A DNA stretch of 64,000 nucleotides from an uncultured delta proteobacterium (GTDB lineage: Bacteria > Desulfobacterota > Syntrophorhabdia > Syntrophorhabdales > WCHB1-27), in assembly GCA_963717985.1 (NCBI GenBank), contig CAVQYC010000001.1:456712-520711 (forward strand), given 5' to 3'. Below are positions 9,908 through 19,496 of the stretch, piece after piece. Position 1 is the stretch's first letter. Every line of letters starts with the position of its first letter. The translations under genes were made by a program, and so were the position numbers. The notes under the pieces are model-generated. The model saw only the letters and a program-made list of their open reading frames with translations. It ran no database searches and was not told the DNA's origin.

Positions 9908-11125
9908 CTATGGAGGCTTGCCCACAATACCGGCACGCACCGGCCAGAGGCAGAATCTATTATCATCGTTTTTTTTGTTACGAGCACTACTAAGGTTAGC
10001 GATATGGTTCATGCCCAGGCTGCGGCCGAGCCCCCAACTGCCGTCTTTCATATTGACGACCCATGCGAGGTCGTGCGACCTGTAGGGAGAAGACGACCAG
10101 TAGAAATCGGGCTGAACATTTATGAATGGATGGCCCTGCGACAGGGCGCACTGATGCATAGAATAATCGATCAGGCTTCTAAGCTCCTTAACGTTCGGCA
10201 GCCGCCAGTCGTTGTGCCCGTAGGTTCCTGAGCCGGAATTAATAGAGGTTACGTATTTTAGCGCTCCTACCCACGTCTTATAACTACCCCATAATAAACT
10301 CTGGTCGTTTTCCGTGACGTTTCCATCTTTTGTCCATATGAGACCGGTCAGGTTATCCGTTACAGTGCCATCGTCATTATCGATAAATCGTGGATCGGGC
10401 CAGGGAACTCCTGCTTGTATATGGCCGTCGTCACCTGAATGGCGGCTTTGCGTCTGACCCGTGGCCCAAATAGCCGCGTTACGAAATGCCCCGGATTGTC
10501 CATCACGAACAGGCCAAACTTTTGAGTCGCACGCCCTAGGATCAGGTTTCTTGATCGCCTTCCATCTGGCTTCTGCGAGGCCGCCCATGGTAAAGTTAAT
10601 GCGCCACGCGAAGGAGCTATTGATTGCATGCGTTGTAGAGGACCAATAGCCCGTAAAAGGCAACGATCCAACATTTCTAAATATCTGCGGCACACTGCGC
10701 AATGGGCTTATGAGATCCGGATTTCTATTGGACGGCCCGAAGATAACGAGGCTTTCCAACTCGTTAATATTTGGCAGCCGCCAGTCGTTATGACCAAGGT
10801 GATTCACGGCATTTAAACAAGTTACATAATTAAAAGCATTCTCCCAACCCATCACTCCACCCGCGCACGACCCGGCCGTCAACACTTTATGCGCGGACGA
10901 CCACCAGTGTCGCTTTTGCATCGGCTCGTATGACCCGACCATAGGCGTACCGGCATTTTTTGTCCATATGAGACCGGTCAGGTTATCCGTTACAGTGCCA
11001 TCGCCATTATCGATAAATCGTGGATCGGGCCAGGGAACTCCTGCTTGTATATGGCCGTCGTCCCCTTCCTTATTGCCAAGGAATCCTAAAGTCCATCCCG
11101 TCCGCGGCAGGTTTACAGTTCCCAT
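9908..11125 (-). CDS. Tandem DUF1566 (Lcl C-terminal) domain protein
   Basis: Two copies of RFIDN.DGTVTDNLTGLIWTK ... HNDWRLPN..EL.SL ... YWSS. Confidence 0.88.
   Translation of the reverse strand: MGTVNLPRTGWTLGFLGNKEGDDGHIQAGVPWPDPRFIDNGDGTVTDNLTGLIWTKNAGTPMVGSYEPMQKRHWWSSAHKVLTAGSCAGGVMGWENAFNYVTCLNAVNHLGHNDWRLPNINELESLVIFGPSNRNPDLISPLRSVPQIFRNVGSLPFTGYWSSTTHAINSSFAWRINFTMGGLAEARWKAIKKPDPRACDSKVWPVRDGQSGAFRNAAIWATGQTQSRHSGDDGHIQAGVPWPDPRFIDNDDGTVTDNLTGLIWTKDGNVTENDQSLLWGSYKTWVGALKYVTSINSGSGTYGHNDWRLPNVKELRSLIDYSMHQCALSQGHPFINVQPDFYWSSSPYRSHDLAWVVNMKDGSWGLGRSLGMNHIANLSSARNKKNDDNRFCLWPVRAGIVGKPP
10328..11062. repeat. 105 bp intragenic direct repeat (10328-10432 and 10958-11062)
   Basis: Compared by eye: one mismatch (tcgtcatt vs tcgccatt). 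Confidence 0.9.
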
Positions 11126-11368
11126 GTCTGATCCCCCCCTTTGTTCTTTGTGTGGAAGAATCTTCGTTTCATTTTTTAGATAAGAGAAGGCAATATGGCA
11201 ACGTAAGCAACGTCCCTATTATACACAATTTCTCGCCCAGTATCACAGGCCCTCCTCTTTTCGATTTCCATAATGCGACAAAATGTATTATTTTGTCCAT
11301 ATTATGAAAACGCAACATAGGAAAGACGCGAGTTTGCGCGGTCTTTCCGACCCTGAAACCTGGACAAA

Positions 11369-11440
11369 ATGAACGATGACAGAAAACACCTTACCCAGCG
11401 GGAAGTGGAAAAAGTCATCAAGGCCGTCAAAGCAAGCCGT
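11369..11440 (+). pseudogene. N-terminal remnant of a FimB/FimE-like tyrosine recombinase
   Basis: DDRKHLTQREVEKVIKAVKASR resembles this family's N-terminus; similarity stops at the motif copy at 11437. Confidence 0.55.
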
Positions 11441-11494
11441 GCCCATCCTTCCGCGCGGGAGACGGGAGGTACGTCGCTTGCGGACTTCGGACCC
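11437..11494. repeat. Conserved inter-island cis motif, copy 2 (diverged)
   Basis: CCGTGC..TCCGCGCGGGAGACGGGAGG..TTGCGGACTTCGGACCC aligns with 9182-9248. Confidence 0.75.
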
Positions 11495-11833
11495 GTAAAG
11501 GGCGCTTTCTCCGGCACTCGGAAGAAAAGTTTTGACACAGACAAAAAATTGTGGTCTCTATAGGTTGCAGGCATTGTTACCTGCCATAATAAATAATTCA
11601 GGAGCTAGTCTCCTGCAGGGTTAGACCCTGCCTACAATTAACTTCACACCATTTAGGGCTTTGCCCTCCCACAGCTAAATACCTTCATTTTCAGGAATTT
11701 ATTTCCTGCACCCGACACAACTTAGGGGCCGCCCCTGCCTTTATCAACCGAGACTTGCCCTTGCCGTCTAACATAGCGGCAAGGGCAAGCAGAGTGACAA
11801 GGAGGTCGCAGGCAATGGCAAGTAGGTGTCAGA

Positions 11834-12007
11834 ATGAATAAGCGCTTCTTACGCCTCCCGGAAGTCCTTGAGCGAATCCCTGTGTCGAAGAGCACGTGGT
11901 GGGCCGGTGTCAAGAAGGGCATTTTCCCAAAGTCAATCAAATTGTCGGCCCGAATCACCGTGTGGCTGGAAGAGGATATTGAAAAGATCGGCGTTGAAAC
12001 AAAATAG
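11834..12007 (+). CDS. alpA: AlpA-family excisionase/regulator (57 aa, below ORF-track cutoff)
   Basis: Own translation: MNKRFLRLPEVLERIPVSKSTWWAGVKKGIFPKSIKLSARITVWLEEDIEKIGVETK. Confidence 0.92.
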   Translation: MNKRFLRLPEVLERIPVSKSTWWAGVKKGIFPKSIKLSARITVWLEEDIEKIGVETK

Positions 12008-12056
12008 TCCTTTCAAAACCGCCCGATATTTCATACAATAGCGCCAAGGGGTAGGT

Positions 12057-13679
12057 ATGGAAAATACTCTCTACTACGGCGATAATCTGGACATTCTGCG
12101 CCGCTACCTGAAAGACGAATCGGTTGACCTCGTTTACCTGGACCCGCCGTTCAATTCCAATGCGAACTATAATGTGCTTTTTGCAGAAAAGGACGGACAT
12201 AAGGCCGCGAGTCAGATTCGGGCTTTTTCGGATACCTGGACATGGACACAGGAAAGCGAATCCGCCTATGCAGAGGTTGTGACGGCGGGCGGGCGGGTGG
12301 CCGATTGTTTACGGGCTTTCAGGACGTTCTTGGGCGAATGCGACATGTTAGCCTATCTCGTTATGATGGCTCCGCGCCTTGTGGAACTGCGGCGGACATT
12401 GAAGCCCACGGGCAGCATATACCTGCACTGCGATCCGACAGCGAGCCACTACCTGAAATTGCTTATGGATGCTGTTTTCGGTCCTCAAAACTTCAGAAAT
12501 GAAATCGTCTGGAAGCGAACCAGCGCCCATAGCAGCGCCAAAAGATACGGTCCTGTCCACGACACGCTGCTCTTATTTTCTAAGACAGATGGGTACACCT
12601 GGAACCAATCCTTTCAAGCCTACGACGAATACTACCTTGACCAATTCTACACGCACATTGACGACAAGGGTAGACGATGGACAAGGTCCGATCTCACCGG
12701 GGCCGGTGTCCGGCATGGTGAAACCGGAAAGCCGTGGCGCGGCATTGACGTAACTGCGAAGGGCCGTCACTGGATGGTGCCTACTGCCGAGTTAGACAAG
12801 CTCGATGCTCAGGGTAAGATTCACTGGCCCGAAAGGGAGGGTGGTATGCCAAGGCTCAAGCGCTATGTTGATGAGCAACCGGGCGTTCCGCTGCAAGACG
12901 TGTGGACGGACATTCCGCCGATGCATAATCTATCCCGTGAACGCCTCGGCTACCCCACGCAGAAACCCGAAGACTTGTTGGAACGAATGATTCAGGCGAG
13001 CAGCAACGAAGGGGACACAATCATGGACCCCTTCTGCGGCTGCGGGACCGCTATCGCCGGTGCCCAAAAACTCGGCCGCCGATGGATAGGGATAGATATA
13101 ACGCACCTTGCAATAACGCTTATCAAGCACCGCCTTAAGGATACCTTCGGCGAAGCTGCCGCATACAAGGTGATCGGGGAACCGGTAAGCGTGCCTGACG
13201 CCGAGGCGCTTGCGGCTTCAGACCCGTATCAATTTCAATGGTGGACCTTGGGCCTTGTGGGGGCGCGGCCCGTCGAACAAAAGAAGGGAGCGGACAGGGG
13301 TATTGACGGGCGGATCGTCTTTCAGGGCGATAAGGCCGGAGTATTTGAAAGCGTAATTCTATCAGTGAAGGCGGGTAAGACCGGCCCGTCGCACGTCCGA
13401 GACTTAAAAGGCGTCTTGGAGCGGGAAAAAGCAGCCATAGGCGCTTTGATTACAATGCAAGAGCCGACTGCTGAAATGAAGACCGAGGCTGTTATGGCGG
13501 GATTCTATCAGTCCGAGACGTGGGGGCGGAAATATCCGCGAATGCAACTCTTGACAGTGGCCGAATTATTGGCCGGGAAGAAGATCGAAATGCCCCCGAT
13601 CCGGCAAGTGGGTGCTACGTTCAAGAAAGCGCCCAAAGCGACGGGGACACAGGGCGAACAGGTTAAACTGCCAATGTGA
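12057..13679 (+). CDS. N6/N4 DNA methyltransferase (beta class) fused to a C-terminal Mrr-like endonuclease domain
   Basis: DPPF, YPTQKP, DPFCGCGT; C-term GADRGIDG..LSVKAG..HVRDLKGVLEREKAAIGALIT. Confidence 0.88.
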   Translation: MENTLYYGDNLDILRRYLKDESVDLVYLDPPFNSNANYNVLFAEKDGHKAASQIRAFSDTWTWTQESESAYAEVVTAGGRVADCLRAFRTFLGECDMLAYLVMMAPRLVELRRTLKPTGSIYLHCDPTASHYLKLLMDAVFGPQNFRNEIVWKRTSAHSSAKRYGPVHDTLLLFSKTDGYTWNQSFQAYDEYYLDQFYTHIDDKGRRWTRSDLTGAGVRHGETGKPWRGIDVTAKGRHWMVPTAELDKLDAQGKIHWPEREGGMPRLKRYVDEQPGVPLQDVWTDIPPMHNLSRERLGYPTQKPEDLLERMIQASSNEGDTIMDPFCGCGTAIAGAQKLGRRWIGIDITHLAITLIKHRLKDTFGEAAAYKVIGEPVSVPDAEALAASDPYQFQWWTLGLVGARPVEQKKGADRGIDGRIVFQGDKAGVFESVILSVKAGKTGPSHVRDLKGVLEREKAAIGALITMQEPTAEMKTEAVMAGFYQSETWGRKYPRMQLLTVAELLAGKKIEMPPIRQVGATFKKAPKATGTQGEQVKLPM

Positions 13680-13845
13680 AGGCCAATCTTGTTCATCAGG
13701 TTCGCATACTTTCCATGGCACAGGGAGGCTCTCTCTTCCACCTAAATAGCGTGTCGAATTCAAACTTGTGAATCGCGGATTGCCGCAGAAAGACGACAAC
13801 AAAGGCGTTAGCCGCCGACGTATCGAGTTTACTTGGATGCAGTAA

Positions 13846-14970
13846 TTAACTGCATATCTCCTTCACTCTGTTTAGAGCTTCGTGCGGACACGAAAAGACC
13901 TCACACCCATATTTCTTGTCAAAAGCAACATGACTTCGGGTAACCAAGTCCCTCAGACTGTGCTCAGTGAAGAAGAAATCAAAATAGGGCAAGGCAGTTT
14001 GGGCATGTCTGAAATCATGCAAATCGTTTCTCTTGAATTTCCTTTTGGTATCCCATCGCACTAGAGCATGTAACGCAGAGCCGATTACGAGTGTCGGAAA
14101 ATAGGTCTGTAGCTTATTCTTGCGGAACAGATTATAAACTGCATTTGCAATCTGTTTCCCCGCCTTACTTGATTTCACTTCGCTCGGTGTCGGTTCACAC
14201 CCTTGCTGCCCCTTAAACAGATAAACCATGGTATCTTCAAAAGTCGGTATGCACAGATCGAGTACCCCTGCAAGCTCTGATAGGCAAAGCTGTTTGAAAG
14301 AATTATTTTCATGTGAATGTCTGATCTTTCCCTCGTTCAAAATATCCGACAAGTCGTTCAGCCGAGGCATTTTAGAAATTGCCTCTTTCCCCATTATTTC
14401 TATCATTTGGGATAATGAGATCGTCCACATTTGATCGAAGAAAGCCTTCTGAAGCACCAGCTCTTCTTGAGGAAAGAATGGCGTAGATGTCGGGTGGACA
14501 GCGCCGAGCACATAGGCCAACTTCGTCCAGACTAATACGTCTGGCGAATGCACTGAATCTTCTCCTCCAATGGTTCTTCGGATAAAGTAGAGCGTTTCGA
14601 AGCCAATTCGTTCTTGCTCCGACAATATTGATATACCTCTTGATAGGATGTCAATGAGATTGCTTGTTTCAGAAAGCGTCTTTGTGTCTGACTGGTTCAA
14701 TACCTCTGCAAAAATATCTTCGCTTATAGGGCACACCATTCTCCCGTCTTCGACTCCGTATCGCAGCACCGCCAGGAGTTCTGTAATGTCCCCGTCTCTT
14801 TGTCTTCCCATTGCAGCGTCCCGCAGAAGCAACCAATACTTCGTATCAAGATATATTTTCTTGCACTTCGCCATTTCGCGGCCGAGTGCTATCCTAACCT
14901 CCCTGGTATACGTTTCTAAGGTCTTTTCAGGCTCCGATCTGTGTTTTTCAAAAGTATCGATCAGTTTCAT
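13846..14970 (-). CDS. Hypothetical protein with PIN-like acidic motifs
   Basis: IYLDTKYW, CPISEDIFAEV, NDLHDFRHAQTALPYFDFFFTE; fold is inference. Confidence 0.55.
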   Translation of the reverse strand: MKLIDTFEKHRSEPEKTLETYTREVRIALGREMAKCKKIYLDTKYWLLLRDAAMGRQRDGDITELLAVLRYGVEDGRMVCPISEDIFAEVLNQSDTKTLSETSNLIDILSRGISILSEQERIGFETLYFIRRTIGGEDSVHSPDVLVWTKLAYVLGAVHPTSTPFFPQEELVLQKAFFDQMWTISLSQMIEIMGKEAISKMPRLNDLSDILNEGKIRHSHENNSFKQLCLSELAGVLDLCIPTFEDTMVYLFKGQQGCEPTPSEVKSSKAGKQIANAVYNLFRKNKLQTYFPTLVIGSALHALVRWDTKRKFKRNDLHDFRHAQTALPYFDFFFTEHSLRDLVTRSHVAFDKKYGCEVFSCPHEALNRVKEICS

Positions 14971-15304
14971 GTCTTCTACAATTAACGGACGCGGTAACGG
15001 GGCCATTGACGGTGGACAACTTCCGTTCCGGCCGCATCAATTCGAGAGCAGCTTTTTATCTGCCCCTCAATGATTACCACTTGTTTTCCTTTTCTTCAAG
15101 AAGAATCTCGGAATCCTCCATTCCGTTCCAGTGAGTAATAACCGGATGAACCATTAATCCTTTTTGCGGTTGATTGGGCGTAAGCGCGGGGACATATCTT
15201 GCAGGTTTGTTGGGGCTATGATTGCGATTTTGGGGGCTGTTGTGGGGGCGTGCCAGATTTTGCGAGGTTTGATAATCCCATGATAACGCTATGTTAGCAG
15301 CTCA

Positions 15305-15330
15305 GTTCGATGGACGCCGCCCCACCATTT
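15305..15330 (+). repeat. Degenerate ssrA 3'-end copy (attR of element 1 / attL of element 2)
   Basis: GTTCGATggacGCCGCC-CCACCATTT vs ssrA GTTCGATtcccGCCGCCtCCACCATTT. Confidence 0.7.
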
Positions 15331-15764
15331 TTTTATTGATATTATTAGCATTATTTCCTCCTTGTTCGTTCCAGGGCCGTTCCAGGCCTTGTGAACTTTA
15401 TGATTCTCTTTTCAAGCAGTGCTTTCCTGGCCGATACCTCTACCTTTGCATACCTCTTCACTGATTCCCGCCGCGCGTGGTCCGTCGCTATCTGAACCTC
15501 GTCGATTGAATAGCCGTACTCATTCACAAGTTGAGAGCATGAACTGTGCTTGACCCCAGGATAAAGCGCTATCGATTCTCCTACCTTCTTGCAAGCCTCT
15601 TTCCATATCTTTGATAGCGCCTTGCCCGTGTATGGCTGTCCCGGCCTTTCGCCGTTCGGATTGACGAAGAAATACGGCGAGACGATGGACAACGATTGTT
15701 GTTTTGCCTTTTCAGTCTCGTAGTGCGGAATAAACTCGTCGACCATAGGGACGTAATGAATTTC

Positions 15765-17605
15765 TGATTCCTGAGAAGAAAGTGCCCTTTCTGAAAGGAT
15801 CAATCGTCACCATCGTTGTGTTACCACCATCGTGAAGATGAACTTCTTAGGCAAGGACACGCCAACTATTTCGGTCCAGAATACCTTCATGCTAATACAA
15901 AGAGACGATATGCAGCCTTCCAGGGTCTTTTTCAAGGCCCAAGGGGCCTTGGCCCACCTCTTTATGTTGCAGGCGATCAGTTTGCATGCAACGGCAAAGC
16001 ATACTTTTGCCAGCCGACGCACCCGAAGTCTGCCGATTCCGTGAGATCGTTTCAATTCGGAGTTTGTTGCTTCGATCCCTGCACGAATCTTGTACCGGTC
16101 TTTCCATTCAGTGGTCTGCTGGATGGCATACATCTGATCCCGCAGGCGAAGCTCGGCAGTGATCTCCAGACGAAAGTCCCCGACCGTTTCACGGGCCTGG
16201 CAGCCTTTGTTGCGGTGGTTCGGAGCTCTTACCGGGCACCTATCGAGCATCGTGCACGATCGACAGGCGTTTCCGTCAAAGATCGCATGGAGAGAACGAC
16301 GGGTGCTGTTGTTGCCGCTCAGTATGCGATGGTCTATGGGACTATTACCCATGGGACATCGGGTCACCAAACCTTCCGAGTCGAAGGAGAAAAGGTCTCT
16401 GCCCACGATATCGTCGGAGAGCCTGCTGCGGTTGACGGGCGTGACGAATTCGATACCTTGCTCTATGACCTTTGCCGCTGAAGGGACAGACGGATAACCG
16501 CCGTCGGCAAAGAGCGCTTCGGGCTTCAACCCGGCAGCCTCCAAACGTTCGATAACAGGAAGGGCCTTGCCGATGTCGGATCTGGCGGCGCCATGCACCT
16601 CATAGTCTGTGATGATTTCGGTTTTTCCGGTATTCTTGCACGTCTCCGTAACATGAAGGCTGTATCCCGGCCCTTTATGTCCGCAGGACGCATCCGGGTC
16701 GTAAGGGGATTGAAGGGTTGCTCCTTCACTCTTTTTCTTCACCTGGACCTTGGACGATTCTTGGTCTGAGGTGAATTCGCATTGTTCGGAGAAAAGGCGC
16801 TTCAACAATTGGTACGGCTCATTGCCTGTAAGTTCATTATCCTTCTCGAAGATAACAATAAGGTCATAGAGATACTGCGCCAGTTCTTCCAGCTTGATCT
16901 TCTGCTCGGCCGGACCCAATCCGAACCAACCCTCGGGTTCGCTTGAATGCCATTCCTGAATTGCCTTCGGGACTCTCGACAATTGATCTTCATTCAGACT
17001 CTTGAGAAACTGGGTGAGCGTATTCGAGAATAGAGCCAATCTGCCTCGTACACGAATGTTCGAGATTATGTGGGTAGAATCAAGCCGCTGGCTGGAAGAC
17101 GAGAGGCCAAGTTTGCTTATCGCTGAATCTCTGATATTGTCGAATACATGGCGGACCAGCTTCATCTCCGGGTCTTTGGCGGCCAATCGCCTGCGGAACT
17201 CTACAAGAGAGCGACGGGACAAATAATCTTCCTCATCGCTGACATCCAAGGCGTATCGCCACCGGGTGTCAAAGCTGAAGGTGTCGAGGGCCTCCTGGTC
17301 ACTCAAGTTGCTCCACTCCTGAAGGAGACACAAACCCAAAAGACGCGCAACGCTGAAATTAGGCCGGCCTGTTGTGCCGTACAGAATCGCATAGCGATCT
17401 TCGTTCCTGAACAGGATTGGAAATACCTCGCCTCTAAACAGGTGAGCCCATGAAGACTCAAGACGGTTCCGCAAAGAGGGGGACACCTGCGTCTCCACGC
17501 CGAGTAGTTTTTGTTGAGGTGGTGTTTTCTTATACATGACATATTCTATCATTGTATGTAATTAAATACAATAGTTATTTGTGGAGAGTTACTTCTCAGG
17601 AATCA
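15765..17605 (-). mobile_element. IS copy A, 1841 bp, IS1182/IS5-like DDE element
   Basis: 14 bp TIR TGATTCCTGAGAAG; target duplication TTTC at 15761-15764 and 17606-17609. Confidence 0.92.
15807..17552 (-). CDS. DDE transposase (DUF772-like N-terminus), 581 aa
   Basis: GRPN..LSDQEA..WRYAL..SLVEFRRRL, LDSTHI, ADGGY, YKIRAGIEATNSELKR. Confidence 0.92.
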   Translation of the reverse strand: MIEYVMYKKTPPQQKLLGVETQVSPSLRNRLESSWAHLFRGEVFPILFRNEDRYAILYGTTGRPNFSVARLLGLCLLQEWSNLSDQEALDTFSFDTRWRYALDVSDEEDYLSRRSLVEFRRRLAAKDPEMKLVRHVFDNIRDSAISKLGLSSSSQRLDSTHIISNIRVRGRLALFSNTLTQFLKSLNEDQLSRVPKAIQEWHSSEPEGWFGLGPAEQKIKLEELAQYLYDLIVIFEKDNELTGNEPYQLLKRLFSEQCEFTSDQESSKVQVKKKSEGATLQSPYDPDASCGHKGPGYSLHVTETCKNTGKTEIITDYEVHGAARSDIGKALPVIERLEAAGLKPEALFADGGYPSVPSAAKVIEQGIEFVTPVNRSRLSDDIVGRDLFSFDSEGLVTRCPMGNSPIDHRILSGNNSTRRSLHAIFDGNACRSCTMLDRCPVRAPNHRNKGCQARETVGDFRLEITAELRLRDQMYAIQQTTEWKDRYKIRAGIEATNSELKRSHGIGRLRVRRLAKVCFAVACKLIACNIKRWAKAPWALKKTLEGCISSLCISMKVFWTEIVGVSLPKKFIFTMVVTQRW

Positions 17606-18422
17606 TTTCTCCTGTCTTGGTCCTATCAATCAACTGTCTGTCAGAAAATGAGCGGTGAATGGTGAATATTTCTCCGTCAAAATCGATCTTATGCAGGGAT
17701 GCCGCCTCACAAGGCCGCCGAAGATGGAATTTCAGCCACCAGATAATAGGTTGGTGTTCTGCGGGAATAGCCTCGATAACGGGCCGCTGCCTGTCCTCTG
17801 GCAGCCATACGATCGGCGTATCCGTGATATTGTATGCCTTCCTCTTAGGGAACGGCGGGACCACGGGAATTCGCTCCGATCTCCACGCAAAGTCGAGACA
17901 GGCATGAAGGCAATACATGACGTTAAGCTTTCCCTTTCCTTCCCGGTTGATGCTGTTCAGAATTCGCATCAGCGTGTCGTAGCGGACCTCATGAAGACGA
18001 ATACGCTCATTCTCGAAGAACGGTATCAGATAGTTCTCGATGCTGCCCCGATAATCCTTGTAAGTGGCGGGGGCCAGGGTCGGCTTCACGGTTTCAAGCC
18101 ACTCCTTGAGATAGTCCGACACTTTGCACGGAAGCTCCGTGTACTCCTCGATCCGGAAAACGCCTTTTTCAACGTCCGCTTGCATACAGGACAGAAGCTT
18201 TTCGGCCATCCTGCGATCATAGAGCAATTCGCCTTTGTAGTGATATACCTTGTACGTCTTCTTATGCGCGGGATGGTACCAGGCCACATAATACCTCTTC
18301 ACGTGCTCCGCATAGCCTATGGTCCCTTTCATACAAAAACCCCCAGGAATGAATTTACCTGGAGAAATTATATTGACCTGAAAGGGAGCGGTCAACGCTT
18401 TTGCCTTTTATCCTTTGTCTCT

Positions 18423-18686
18423 TTAATCCTTCAATATGTCCCGATATGACCTGTTCTCATTCTTCAACGGCTTTTTGCCGAGCTTGGCCCGCAACTTGTT
18501 CACCGTGGGAAGCATAGGCTCATCGAAGCTGATGTCTCTCAAGAACTGCGCCATCAATTCTATGACCTTCGATCTGGACAATTTGTCATCCTCCGACCCT
18601 TTGCTTATCTCCGTCAGCGTGTCCCAACACTCGTTGCTCAGGCTCATCACCCGTTGCGGCCTCACCCTCTTTTTCGCTGTTCCCAT
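18423..18686 (-). CDS. Ribbon-helix-helix protein upstream of the integrase
   Basis: QRVMSLSNECWDTLTEISK..LSRSKVIELM. Confidence 0.65.
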   Translation of the reverse strand: MGTAKKRVRPQRVMSLSNECWDTLTEISKGSEDDKLSRSKVIELMAQFLRDISFDEPMLPTVNKLRAKLGKKPLKNENRSYRDILKD

Positions 18687-18731
18687 CTTTTTCTCCTTTC
18701 GGAATGTTTCTTCCCGTACCCTCAGTGCAAC

Positions 18732-18776
18732 TACACTCTATATGAAGTGTACTTACACTGTCAAGCAAAAAGTGTA
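18732..18776 (-). promoter_or_regulatory. Promoter of the RHH-integrase operon with paired TACACT/AGTGTA operator-like repeats
   Basis: TTGACA at 18764-18759; TACACT at 18732 and 18754, AGTGTA at 18746 and 18771. Confidence 0.55.
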
Positions 18777-19166
18777 ACGACACCAAATTTATCGTTGACG
18801 AGATACGGCGATCAGAGTATGAGACCGTAGCGAGGCCAATTTCTACGCCATGATCAGACCCATGTCATAGAAATTGTAATATCCCTGCCGGGAGAAAGAG
18901 CCGCTTGAATTTTCCCCCTTAATTGAGGGGAAAATTTTATAGAAGGGGCGACGTGCCCAGGTTCGCTAAGCTCCTCCGTACTTCCTGGAAGGCGCAGCTG
19001 AATGTTTTTCTTGCTGTACAGGGCTGGTGATGGTAATCTTTGACACGTGTTGGGGGGTGAAGAAGGTGTTTCGTGGGGAGGGCTGGCCAAGTCACGTTAA
19101 TCAGCCTATCCCCCGACGCGCGCCGATGCCGAGAGTGGTTGTGCCAGAATACAGAAGGAGGCAAGT

Positions 19167-19406
19167 ATGGCAGAAATAGCTTTTTATACGGTGGCACCGA
19201 AGGAGGGAGAGCACCCTTTTCCTCCTTACCTTCATATCTACCTTTCCGCATACGCCGATGATCCCGATTGGGGGCCGCTCATGAGTCCCAACCTGATGAC
19301 AGATCGGGAAATCGATGAAACAATCGATTATCTGATAACGCAGTTAGAAAGCGTCAGAGAAAAAGCAAAACTGGAATTAAAGAAGGTGAAGCAACGAAAG
19401 AAATGA
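19167..19406 (+). CDS. Hypothetical protein (79 aa)
   Basis: SD AGGAGG, plausible composition with C-terminal coiled-coil. Confidence 0.6.
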   Translation: MAEIAFYTVAPKEGEHPFPPYLHIYLSAYADDPDWGPLMSPNLMTDREIDETIDYLITQLESVREKAKLELKKVKQRKK

Positions 19407-19496
19407 AACATGTTCTGGAAGAGGTGTGAGGGGGTTTTCAATCGAAACCCCGAGGCGCGGGAAGTACAGTTAAAACGCCCCTGCTTTGTGCAACCG

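Larger units (their letters stand above)
6000..15330. mobile_element. Element 1: P4-integrase island at the ssrA 3' end
   Basis: Integrase next to ssrA, AlpA gene, TA/RM cargo, degenerate copy of the ssrA 3' end at 15305-15330. Confidence 0.8.
15351..18332 (-). pseudogene. Tyrosine integrase split by IS (reconstructs to 378 aa)
   Basis: 18332-17606 joins 15760-15351 in frame as ..RTKTGEIHYVPM..; motifs LRRPCE, KTG, YPGVKHS, DHA, KRYAK. Confidence 0.88.

Noticed and set aside
9908-11125. Diversity-generating retroelement targeting the DUF1566 gene
   Set aside because: No reverse transcriptase in the window; the repeat lies in the conserved domain start and has only one mismatch
13740-13815. 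Integron attC site between the methyltransferase and the PIN-like gene
   Set aside because: GTTAGCC is present but the partner box (ACCTAAAT) and internal pairing are poor, and no integron integrase is present
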